From NCBI GenBank assembly GCA_017527675.1, contig JAFXPU010000002.1, forward strand, positions 6,400 to 70,399: a stretch of 64,000 bases of DNA. Reading direction: 5' to 3'. Source of the DNA: Bacilli bacterium. Lineage in GTDB: Bacteria > Bacillota_I > Bacilli_A > RF39 > UBA660. Below the pieces are notes generated by a model. It did no database searches. It had not been told where the DNA came from and saw only the letters and a program-made list of their open reading frames with translations. The position numbers and the translations under genes are program-made. This document shows positions 29,589 through 40,300 of this stretch, one piece after another; the stretch's first letter is position 1, and each line of letters opens with the position of its first letter.

Positions 29589-30852
29589 GACTATATATTA
29601 CCTCTTTTATTTTATTTATTAATTTTTCTTCATTAATATCTAAACATAGTTTTTTATCTTTCATTAGGATTTCACCATTTATCATAGTCATATCAACATT
29701 ATTATAAGCATTATGAACTACATTTGTAATAACATCTGTTCCTGGAGATGTTAGGGAATCATTCATATCTAACATAATAATATCAGCCTTTTTTCCTGAT
29801 TTTATACTTCCTATTTCTCTTTCTAATCCTAAGGCTTTAGCACCATTAATAGTAGCCATTTTAAGTACATCATATGAAGAGAATACAGTTGGATCTTCGT
29901 ATTTTCCTTTTTGTAGTAAATCAACAAAAGACATATGATAAAACATATTCAAGTTATTACCACTACCCTGTCCATCAGTGCCTAATGCCACATTAACGTA
30001 TTTTTTATATTTAACTATGTCTGCTATACCACAACCTAAATTTAAATTACTAACTGGATTATGAACAAAAGATACGTCTTTACCTTTAAAATATTCTAAA
30101 GAATCATCATCAATAAAGGTAGCATGAGCAAGAATTAATTTATTATTAATTAGTCCGGTATCAATTAAAACACTTAGTGGACTTTTATTATATTGCTCTA
30201 AAGTACCTTCTATTTCAGCTTTGTTTTCACAATAATGAAAGTGTACTGGTAAATTTAAATTTGTAGCTAATTCAGAACACTCAGTTAAGTATTCATGATT
30301 ACATGTATATAAAGCATGAGGGGCAACGGCAAATGATAATAACTTATTATATTTGTTTTCCTCGTATAATTTAATAAATTCATCAATTTTTTCATGACCT
30401 TTTTGATCACTATCCATTAAGGTTCTAGTAAACATACATCTAAATTTTGTTTCATTTAAAGCCTTTAAAGCACCAGCACAATTAAAATACATGTCATTAG
30501 CACATGTTGTACCCGTTTTAATCATTTCAATAATTGAAAGTAATGTTCCATAGTAGTTATCTTCATCATCTAACTTATCTTCAAGTGGCCATATCATATC
30601 GTTTAGCCATTTTTGTAAAGTTAAATTGTCATTAGTAGCTCTAAAATAACTCATTCCTAAATGAGTATGAGCATTTATTAAACCAGGCATAACTATTTTT
30701 CCTGTCGCATCAATTATCTCATCATAACTACCATCATATTTTTCAGTTACTTCAACTATGGTATCATCTTTAATAACAATATCTAATTTTTCAATTCTTT
30801 TTCTTTCTTCATCCATCGTAATAACATTACCATTTTTTATTATTTTTATCAT
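29581..30852 (-). CDS. Amidohydrolase, MtaD/chlorohydrolase-like (5-methylthioadenosine/S-adenosylhomocysteine deaminase family)
   Basis: PGLINAHTHLGMSYFRA metal-binding HxH region; 423 aa. Confidence 0.75.
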   Translation of the reverse strand: MIKIIKNGNVITMDEERKRIEKLDIVIKDDTIVEVTEKYDGSYDEIIDATGKIVMPGLINAHTHLGMSYFRATNDNLTLQKWLNDMIWPLEDKLDDEDNYYGTLLSIIEMIKTGTTCANDMYFNCAGALKALNETKFRCMFTRTLMDSDQKGHEKIDEFIKLYEENKYNKLLSFAVAPHALYTCNHEYLTECSELATNLNLPVHFHYCENKAEIEGTLEQYNKSPLSVLIDTGLINNKLILAHATFIDDDSLEYFKGKDVSFVHNPVSNLNLGCGIADIVKYKKYVNVALGTDGQGSGNNLNMFYHMSFVDLLQKGKYEDPTVFSSYDVLKMATINGAKALGLEREIGSIKSGKKADIIMLDMNDSLTSPGTDVITNVVHNAYNNVDMTMINGEILMKDKKLCLDINEEKLINKIKEVIYSLS

Positions 30853-30911
30853 AATATCACCATCTATATCATATCATAAAAATAGAGTTATTACATAATA
30901 AGAGGTGATAT

Positions 30912-31397
30912 ATGACATTAATTATACATGATATGAATGATGAAGACTTTAAAAAAACTACTTTTTCACAGATGGAAAATAGTAAAGTTATAAAGATTGA
31001 TAATATTAAACCATGTGTAGGTTGTTTTAATTGTTGGTTAAAAACACCAGGTATATGTTCTTTAGATGATGATTATAAACTAAATGGCTATTTGCTTGGT
31101 AAGTGTGATAGACTAATTGTTATTTCAAAAAATTACTATGGAATGTTTAGTCCTAACATTAAAAATTTCTTTGATAGATCCATTAGTTATGTTAAACCCT
31201 ATTTTAAAATAATATATGGTGAAATGCATCATTATAAAAAGTATAAAAAAACCTTGAATATTGATTACTATTTTTATGGTGATATAACTAATAAAGAAGA
31301 AAAAACTTTAAGCAAATTAGTTAAAGCCAATAGTGAAAATCTACATAGTAATAATCGTATAGCATTTATAACTAATTGGGAGGAATACTATGTCTAA
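30912..31397 (+). CDS. Flavodoxin-like fold / NADPH-dependent FMN reductase-like protein
   Basis: CVGCFNCWLKTPGIC motif, as in iron-sulfur flavoprotein / multimeric flavodoxin families. Confidence 0.55.
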   Translation: MTLIIHDMNDEDFKKTTFSQMENSKVIKIDNIKPCVGCFNCWLKTPGICSLDDDYKLNGYLLGKCDRLIVISKNYYGMFSPNIKNFFDRSISYVKPYFKIIYGEMHHYKKYKKTLNIDYYFYGDITNKEEKTLSKLVKANSENLHSNNRIAFITNWEEYYV

Positions 31398-31956
31398 TAT
31401 TATTGGTATAAGTGGTAGTCCTAGAATTAATAAAGGATCATCATATAACTATTTAAAAAGAGTAACTAACAAAATAATAAGTAGTTATATATATAATAGT
31501 AAGGACCTTAAATTAATTAAAAAAAGCGATACAATTATTTTTTCTTTTCCTTTATTTGTTGATTGTCTGCCTTCACATTTCTTAAAATTCTTAATAGAAT
31601 TAGATAATAATAAAATAACTAATAAAAATATCTATGTAATATGTAATTTAGGTTTTTATGAAGGAAAACAAGGTAATATAGCTATTGAGATTATGAAGAA
31701 TTGGTGTCACAGAACCAATAATAATTATATGGGCGCTTTAGTAATTGGTGGAGGTCCATTATTTAACTATCCTGTTATTAAACTTAAACCAAATCACTAT
31801 TTAAAAAAACTAAGTGATTGTGCTATTAATAGTAAATTATTTAACGATAAATATATAGCTCCCCTATTACCTAGATGTATTTACTATAGATGTGGTAATA
31901 TGAGTTTTAAAAATGATATAAAGAAAAATGTAGTCAAAAAGAAAACCATTATTTAA
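31390..31956 (+). CDS. Flavodoxin-family protein
   Basis: Overlaps the previous gene by 8 nt; similar size and layout. Confidence 0.45.
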   Translation: MSNIIGISGSPRINKGSSYNYLKRVTNKIISSYIYNSKDLKLIKKSDTIIFSFPLFVDCLPSHFLKFLIELDNNKITNKNIYVICNLGFYEGKQGNIAIEIMKNWCHRTNNNYMGALVIGGGPLFNYPVIKLKPNHYLKKLSDCAINSKLFNDKYIAPLLPRCIYYRCGNMSFKNDIKKNVVKKKTII

Positions 31957-31961
31957 ATAAT
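31936..31961. terminator. Bidirectional hairpin overlapping convergent stop codons
   Basis: AAAACCATTA-TTTAAA-TAATGGTTTT, a perfect 10-bp stem. Confidence 0.5.
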
Positions 31962-32345
31962 GGTTTTTTCATTTTCATCTTTCATAGGCATCACAATATA
32001 TTCTGCACCATCACTATTAGTAATATAAGCATCACTATTAATATTCTTTATAAGGTTAAAATCACTTTTGTCTAGTTTGTCAAGGTGCTTTTCTAACAAT
32101 GATTTATCAATATTATTACCTTTTATAGTATAAATATATACGTTCTTATCTAAATAAAGAAAATCACAACTATTATTGTCTTTTAAATAATATATTGGTC
32201 TTAAATTATTCTTTTTAGCATTTAGCAAATCTTTAAATGATTGAACAAAGATAATATTTTTAGAAAATAGTCTAGGAATATTAACTATTTCTACTAGAAT
32301 GTTATCATACTTTTTTAAAGTATCTTTAATTAATTTATTTCCCAT
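31953..32345 (-). CDS. Hypothetical 130-aa protein, last gene of the TasA/SipW-like cluster
   Basis: Start overlaps the stop of the SipW-like paralog by 11 nt. Confidence 0.4.
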   Translation of the reverse strand: MGNKLIKDTLKKYDNILVEIVNIPRLFSKNIIFVQSFKDLLNAKKNNLRPIYYLKDNNSCDFLYLDKNVYIYTIKGNNIDKSLLEKHLDKLDKSDFNLIKNINSDAYITNSDGAEYIVMPMKDENEKTII

Positions 32346-33540
32346 TAATATTTCCTTTTACTAAATCCTTAAACCAAATAGTTGGATAAGCTATTTTTTT
32401 AACTTTAAAGTTATTATAAATACCTATTAAATCTTTTTTAGAAATATATTTATATGTATATTTATTATTTGTTTTAGTCTTTTTAACATATAAACTAACT
32501 ACATCATCTTCATTAACTTCCTTTAAAGCAATACGATCAATAATAATTTTATTCTTTGATTTATATGCTATAATATCACCTTTTTCATAATCATCATATT
32601 TTAGTCCTTTATAGATAATAATAGCATCACCTTTTTCAATTTTAGGGCCAATTGCTGATGTATCTACACCAATTAAATGATATGAGAAAATACCAGATAT
32701 TAAACCAACAAAGATAGTTATAATAATAATTAAAGGTATATCTAGTAAGAATACTCTTAAAGTATTTAATTTTTTATTTGGTTTTTTATTCTCAGGATTC
32801 TTTTCATATTCTTTTTCTTTAACATAGTATGTAATCATACGACTACCATATATATATAATAATGTTGGGAAACATATATTAATAATACTAGTTAAATAGT
32901 TACCTAAATCTGGAACAGATGGCACTAAATAAATATATAATCCTAAAGTTATAACATATATTAAACATGGTAAGTAACCAACTTTATCTGTAAAATATGT
33001 TAATACAATATTTTTAAATATAACTGGTATAATAACAACTGTTAAGAAAATAAACATATTTTCAGCTGTTACATCAAATGTATAAAAACATAAACTAATA
33101 TCAAAGAAGATAATAATTAGTATACCAAGCAATTTAGCATAATTATATTCACGATTATTAGTAATATAAATATATCTAAATACTTCTAAGGCTGTTACAC
33201 TTATAAGTGGAGCCCAGATGTTTTTTAGAATACTTACAAATCTTAAGGAATAAGAATTTCTTAAAAATCCAGTAAATAATCCAAGTAAATATATAAAAGT
33301 GAAATAGATAAATATTCCAATAATAAATTCATAGATTATTTTTTTAGTTATTTTAGTTATTTTTATTTTTTTATAATCATAAATAAATATACTTATAATA
33401 GTAATTATTAGAATGAAGAATGCACTTAATGTATGTGCTAAATTAGGTAACTTTGGAACAATTAAAATAAAATAAATAAATGTATAAATGAAGGTAGCTG
33501 TTAAGACTAATAAATTTTTAACTGTATTTTTATTTATCAC
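32335..33540 (-). CDS. SipW-like (S26B-type) signal peptidase paralog fused to a polytopic membrane domain; probably catalytically degenerate
   Basis: 401 aa. About 8 TM helices (aa 1-270) followed by a peptidase-like fold GVDTSAIGPKIEKGDAIIIYK...IIIDRIAL. It is homologous to 52948..54135, but Ser-Met is replaced by Ala-Ile and the HRI His by Asp. Confidence 0.55.
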   Translation of the reverse strand: MINKNTVKNLLVLTATFIYTFIYFILIVPKLPNLAHTLSAFFILIITIISIFIYDYKKIKITKITKKIIYEFIIGIFIYFTFIYLLGLFTGFLRNSYSLRFVSILKNIWAPLISVTALEVFRYIYITNNREYNYAKLLGILIIIFFDISLCFYTFDVTAENMFIFLTVVIIPVIFKNIVLTYFTDKVGYLPCLIYVITLGLYIYLVPSVPDLGNYLTSIINICFPTLLYIYGSRMITYYVKEKEYEKNPENKKPNKKLNTLRVFLLDIPLIIIITIFVGLISGIFSYHLIGVDTSAIGPKIEKGDAIIIYKGLKYDDYEKGDIIAYKSKNKIIIDRIALKEVNEDDVVSLYVKKTKTNNKYTYKYISKKDLIGIYNNFKVKKIAYPTIWFKDLVKGNINGK

Positions 33541-33548
33541 TTTAACAC

Positions 33549-34247
33549 CTACTTTTCAACATAGACAATCTGATATTCAAGACTAAGCATTTGAGCTTCA
33601 TCTGGTAAATCAGAGGCCTCTATATCAGTTCTAAATTTTAAAACAAACTTAATTGTCTTTTTACTATGTGCACTTAGTGTATCATTTATATCTATTTTTG
33701 TTCCATCTTTATACGTAATTTCATAATTTAAATATCTTTTTTGTCTAGTTGTTAAACCTTTATTAATTATTTCAAATATTTTAGCATCATGAGAACCGCT
33801 ATTAACTATATCAACTGTAAATTCATAATAGTCACCTGGTTCTTCTAATTTAACTTCATAATAAATATCTGTTTTATTATTAGCTATTTTGGCTTTAGTA
33901 ATTGGTTCAACTGAACCATCTTTTTCTTTTAGATTTTCAAATTCAATATGCCAATCTAAATCTTTAATTTCGGTTGTTCCTGTTTCAACTGGAATATATA
34001 CAGCAGGCAAGACACGACCTGGTTCTTTATCTGGCTTTTGAGGTTCTGGTTCAGGTTGTGGTTTATCTGGTTCAACCGGTTTAGGTTCATTTCTTTTTAT
34101 AACTTTTATACCTAAATTAAAGGCTAAAGAGGCATATGCAATAGATATTAAAATTAAAACAACAATAAATGATAAAAAGTATACTGGTTTAGCTTTAGTA
34201 TCTTCTATTTCAATGTCATCTATTTCCTTTTTTACTTCCTCATTCAT
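33549..34247 (-). CDS. Membrane-anchored TasA/camelysin-like domain protein
   Basis: 232 aa. TM anchor FLSFIVVLILISIAYASLAF, a Pro-rich spacer (EPKPVEPDKPQPEPEPQKPDKEP), then a domain aligning with the giant protein N-domain (EPGDYYEFTVDIVNSGSHDAKI ... LSLEYQIVYVEK). Only 8 nt gap to the SipW-like gene. Confidence 0.5.
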   Translation of the reverse strand: MNEEVKKEIDDIEIEDTKAKPVYFLSFIVVLILISIAYASLAFNLGIKVIKRNEPKPVEPDKPQPEPEPQKPDKEPGRVLPAVYIPVETGTTEIKDLDWHIEFENLKEKDGSVEPITKAKIANNKTDIYYEVKLEEPGDYYEFTVDIVNSGSHDAKIFEIINKGLTTRQKRYLNYEITYKDGTKIDINDTLSAHSKKTIKFVLKFRTDIEASDLPDEAQMLSLEYQIVYVEK

Positions 34248-34299
34248 ATTATCACCTATTGTTATAATTTTACCATAAATAAGCTTTTTTTTCTATATA

Positions 34300-34336
34300 T
34301 GAAAAAAAAAGATGAATTATTAATTCATCTTTTTTC
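34300..34336 (-). terminator. Intrinsic terminator downstream of the giant gene
   Basis: AGATGAATTA/TAATTCATCT hairpin flanked by a T9 run on the minus strand (A9 at 34301-34309). The T run at 34328-34336 also allows plus-strand function. Confidence 0.7.
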
Positions 34337-34339
34337 GTT

Positions 34340-37300
34340 TTACATCATAAATTCAAGAATGCAGTATTCATATTGGTCATCAACGGCAGGTACTATCTTG
34401 ATTTGGTAATTTCTTTCAGTATCAGATGTTGCAGATCCAGCTGTACGAGCATTTGTTGAACCTGTAAATTTACCATCATAGAAGTTGAATGCACCATTAC
34501 CACGAGATATACCATAACCAGTTGTTGTACCTATTGCTTCAATATATGGATCAATTGTTGATGTTGTAGTTGAATCAAAACCAGTGTTTTCTTTAATACC
34601 TAATGTTATAGAACCACTAGTTGAATTATCATCTATTCTTACACCATATGCTGTAGCAGCATGAGCATAAATATTACCAGTTTCAATTGTATATGAACCA
34701 TTATTAACAAACGCACCATAAGCTGATGTTGTACCATTTACATGATAATCAGCATTACGTGTTACTAATGTTCCTTTATCCACATAGACACCATATGTAT
34801 TAACTGAATCAGTTGAATTAAATTCACCACCATCAACTGTAATATTACTATTAGTATTATCTGCATAAATACCAAAGGCATTATTAGCTCTATTAATATT
34901 AATTTCAATATTACTGATTGTTGATGAATTAGAAGAATTATCAAGTATAGCATACATTCTCTCAGCTTTATTCATTGTAAATGTATCTCCATTAGATGTT
35001 AAGATAGCTGTATTATATATACCAGCTTCATATCTATAATAATATGTTCCATTTTCATAAGTACGATTTAAAGTATAATCATTACCAGTAGTATTTAATG
35101 TACCACTATTGCTAATAATTCTTACATAATTATTAGTACCTGAATAAGTATCTGTAAATACAACCGTATTATTATTCAATGTTAAAATACCACTATTACT
35201 TATCATATTAAATTCAGAATAATTACCATAACTATGTGTAATATTAGCTTTCTTAATTGTTGTTGTACCTGTATTAGAAATAGTTCCTTTAATATCTTTA
35301 ATATTTGTATTACTAATACTTAATGTACCATTTGTTTTAGTATTGTTAATATTACCAGTTATTTCTGTATCAGTTATTGTTACATTAGGTGTTGAATTAA
35401 TATAAATTGAATTTGTACCTTGTAATATAGAATCACTAATTGTATTTGTTTTAGTTGAATTATCATATATTACATAATTACTTCCTTTAACAGTTGAATC
35501 ACTGATTGTATATTTTCCTGAATTTATAATTGCTTGATTACGTGAAATATTTGTAGCATAAGTTATTGTTAATACTCCATTTTCATCATTATCAACAGCA
35601 TTATAATTTTCTAATTCAATATTACTAATTGTTAAATTATCTTTATTAATAAGTGCTGTAACAGATAAACTGTTGCTTAATTTTGAATCATTATTTGTAT
35701 CTAAATTTGTAATAACTAATGTACCATTGTTGGTAATTGATTTTGTCATATTAAGATTATGACCATGTAAATCAATAGTAATTGTCTTACCTGTTGGAAT
35801 TGTTACAGCATATGACAAGTTAGCATCAGCATTAAATTCTAATGTTGCACCATCATCTGCTAAATCAATAGCCGTTTGTAAATTAGAACGTGGTTCTGAA
35901 GGATTACTACTATCTATAATGAAAGGTTGTTCTAACACAAGATAGATTTCCTTAATAAATTCTGAGGCATAGATTGGTTCAACTTCATAGCCATACATTC
36001 TCTTATTATATAAGTTTGGATTAGCTATATAACCAGATCCACCTCCAGCTCCACCATGACCGCGGTTAGATCCACCACCACCGTAGTAACCACCACCGCC
36101 ACCGGCGCCGCCGTAGCCTGAATTACAGAAATTAGATCCTTGGCCAAATGAACCATAGCCACAACTACCATTAGCTAATTTACCACCTGATGTTTGTGTA
36201 GCACCGGTACCATTATATGAGGTGTATGAATTATTATATCCATCGTAACCAGAGTTACCTTTATAACCACCAGCATTTCCACCTGGTGAAGTAGTACTAG
36301 AACCTCCAGCTCCACCACCACCAGCAGCTACGATTATAATTGCATCTTTATTACTTTCAAGTGTTGATAATAATCCTGAGGCTGTAGCAATGTGTGTTGC
36401 TCCACCACCGCCATATGACCATTGGCCGCCGCCTGAGCCACCATTACCACCGCCGTTGTAACCGCCATCATATTGAGTTCCAACACCACCAACATTAATA
36501 TATAATGTTTCACCAGCAGTTAAATCAATATAACCTTCTGAATATCCACCATAACCACCATTTGAGCCTCCACCTTGAGCACCCCATGCTTCTAATCTAT
36601 ATGTTCCTGTACAAGGAACAGTAAATGTATTTTCAGCATTTTCAGGTAAATATGAATATTCGTGATTTTGTTCACATACTCCCTCAACAGTTTCACCAAC
36701 ATAAGTAATTTTAGCATAACCATTATTCATTTTTGCATAATGACTAATTGGATCCTCAGATACACTTGTTGTTGAATATGTTCTATATTTTTGATTATCT
36801 AATGATATTTCCCCAGCATTACTTTCAAATATTTCATAACCACTTCTAACATTTGAAATAATACTATTAACAGCTTCATTAGTACCAATAATATGACCAG
36901 AATATATATTTACACTTGCATTAGAAGAATATATACCAAATAAACCACCATTAACATATGGATCAGTTATATCATTTTCATCTTCTAAATTACCGATTGT
37001 TACATATATCGTTTCACTAGCTTGTTGTATACCATAAATTGGAGCTATTATTGTTCCTTTATTTAAGTTTAATGTTGTTGAACTATATGCAGGATAAGAA
37101 TACATATATACACCAACATTACCTGATGTTATTTCTCCACCATTAATGTTTATTGTTTCATGACTTTGTGAATAATAACCCGGACTACTATAACGGTATA
37201 TACCATAAGCATCTGCACCTGGTGTTGTAATTATCGTATTACCATTTATTTCTAGGTAACCACGTTCATCATTTATACCAAATGCGTTACTTGCACCAGC

Positions 37301-40300
37301 ATTGATTGTTACATCTGTTAATGTTACTGGAGCATATTTATATATACCAGAAGCATTATCTGCAGTTATAGTAATATCACTTATATTACAGTTAGATTCT
37401 GATGTACAATATATTGCATAATAATCTCTATTAGTTGCAGTTGTGATTACTTCGGTATCACTACCACTGATAGTTAAATTATCATATTGTGATCTAATTG
37501 TATGTTCACCACCAGTAAATGTTCCACCAGTAATAGTTATTGTTCCTTTTGGATTCTTATAAGAATCACTATAAATAGCTGAACTATTTGTCGATGTAAT
37601 AGTACCATCTTCAACTTTTACTTTTGTACCATATCCAGCTAACCTAATTGATTCTGCTGTTGTTTGAATTGAACCATCTTTCATTTCTAACTCACTATTT
37701 TGACCATTTAGATAAATAGCAACATTTGTTAAATCAAATGAACCATTATTCATAATTATCTTTTGAGCTGAATCAAGATAGATTCCACGATATCCTTCAA
37801 ATGTTGGATTATTTTGTAATGTTATTGTTCCTGTTCCAGATGAACCATAAATAGAACTTCCAGCAGATTTTAGATGAGCACCATCTAATACCATTATTCC
37901 TTTGTTTTCAATAGTATTAGTAATAGTATTATCTAATAAACCTGAACCATTATCGTAAATAGTTAAAGTTCCTTCATTAACAAGTGGTTGAGTCATTGTT
38001 AATGTTTTACCATTCATATTAATAGTAATATTTTTTGAACTTGGAATTGTTGCACCAGATTGTACAAAAGCAGATGACTTAACTAAAATTGTTCCTGTAT
38101 CTTCAATTGCACCAATTGCTGCAGTAAATGAATTGTATTCATCACCATTTACTATTAAGAAGGCTTCTTTTGGAACTAGATAATTAACTATCCAAATATC
38201 AGTTGGAATTTGGTAACCATACATTTCTCCACTAATTATATTTACATCTTTTATGTAGCCTGAGCCACCGCCGCCAGATCCGGCAATGTCTGAATTAACA
38301 CCAGAACTACCACCACCGTAGTAGCCACCGCCACCACCAGATGAATAGTCTGTTCCATTTGCACCTTTACCAAATGAACCAGCAGCACCATTATTATATG
38401 TACCTTCACCAGCAGCACCACCTGCAGTTTGAGTACCACCACCAGCTAATTTAGTTAACGATGGTTTAGACTGACCACCATGGCCACCTTCATTACCACC
38501 ACCAGATCCACCTTGAGCATTGTATGATCCGTAGCTACCACCGCCACCACCACCGGCAACAATGATAATATCATCTCTATTATTTTCAAATGTAGTAAGT
38601 AAGCCAGATGATTTAGCTATATGAGTAGCTCCACCACCAGCATAATAGTTATCACCAGTAGAATTACCACCACCATTATAGCCACCTGTTGAACCAACAC
38701 CTTGACCACCTACATTAATATATAGAGTATCTCCAGCAGTTAAATTAATTTTACATGTTGAGTAACCACCATAACCACCATTTGGTGATCCACCTTGAGC
38801 ACCCCATACTTCTAATTCGTATGTTCCTGTTTCAGTAACATTAAATGTTTGTTCTCCATTTGTAAAACTAAATGTTTCAGTTTCATCTTCAGCAATGAAT
38901 GTTATCTTAGCATAACCGTTTCCTTGTTTAGCTTTCTTACTAACTGGATCCTCTGATACTTCTTCTGTTGAATTTGTAATTATATTACCAGTTACTGAAG
39001 AACTCTCTTGTACTGTAGCAATATCATATGCTTCACGAGTTGAAGAGAAATCACTATTATATCCAGCAGAACTTCCTCTTAAACGTCCTGAATAGAAATT
39101 AGCAGTACCAGCTTCTTTATAGATACCATATGTTCCACCTGATACATATGGATCATAGATATCATTCTCATTATTTAAATTACCAATAGTTGTATATACA
39201 GTGCTAGATGTTTGTTGAATACCATAATTCTTACCTGTTATAGAACCATTATTCATATTAAGAGTTGTTGAACTATAAGAAGGATAAGAATACATATATA
39301 CACCAACATTACCTGATGTTATTTCAATATCATTAATAGTAATTGTTTCATAACTTTGTGAATAATAACTTGGACTACTATAACGGTATATACCAAAAGC
39401 ATTTGAACCTGGTGTATTAATTACTGTATTACCATTTATTTCTAAGTAACCGCGTTCATCATTAATACCAAATCCATTGCTTGCGCCAGCATTGATTGTT
39501 ACATCTGTTAATGTTACTGGAGCATATTTATATATACCAGAAGCATTATCTGCAGTTATGGTAATATCACTTATAATGCAATTAGAATCTGATGAACAAT
39601 ATATTGCATAATTATCTCTATTTGTTGCGGTTGAAATAACCTTTGTATCGCTACCACTAATAGTTAAATTATCATATTGTGATCTAATTGTATGTGTTCC
39701 ACCAGTAAATGTTCCACCAGTTATATTAATTGTTCCTTTTGGATTCTTGTAAGAATCACTATAAATAGCTGAATTATTCGTTGATGTTACAGTACCATTT
39801 TCAACTGTAAGTTTTGTATTGTAACCAACTAATCTAATTGATTCACTACCAGTTGATATTTCTCCATTTTTCATCTCAAATTCACTGTTTTGAGCATTAA
39901 GATAAACACCTACACCTGTAGTATTAATTGTTCCGTTATTCATGATAACCTTTTGAGCAGAATCAACATAAATACCATTATATCCTTCAATAGTTGGATT
40001 GTTTTGTAATGTTATTGTTCCTGTTCCAGCGTTTCCACGAATAGCGTAATTAGTAGATTTAATACTTGCATTATCAATTACTAATGTACCTTTATTGATA
40101 ATAGCATCAGATGCTTTATTATCAATTTTACCTGTTAATCCAGGTTCATTCATTATCGTCAATGTTCCTTCATTAGTAATTGGTTGAGTCATTGTTAAAG
40201 TATGACCTTGTAGATCTAGAGTAATATTATTTTCACTTGGTACGGTTGCTAATTCTTGTAGACTTGCATTTTTAAATACATAAATTGTACCTGTATCCTC

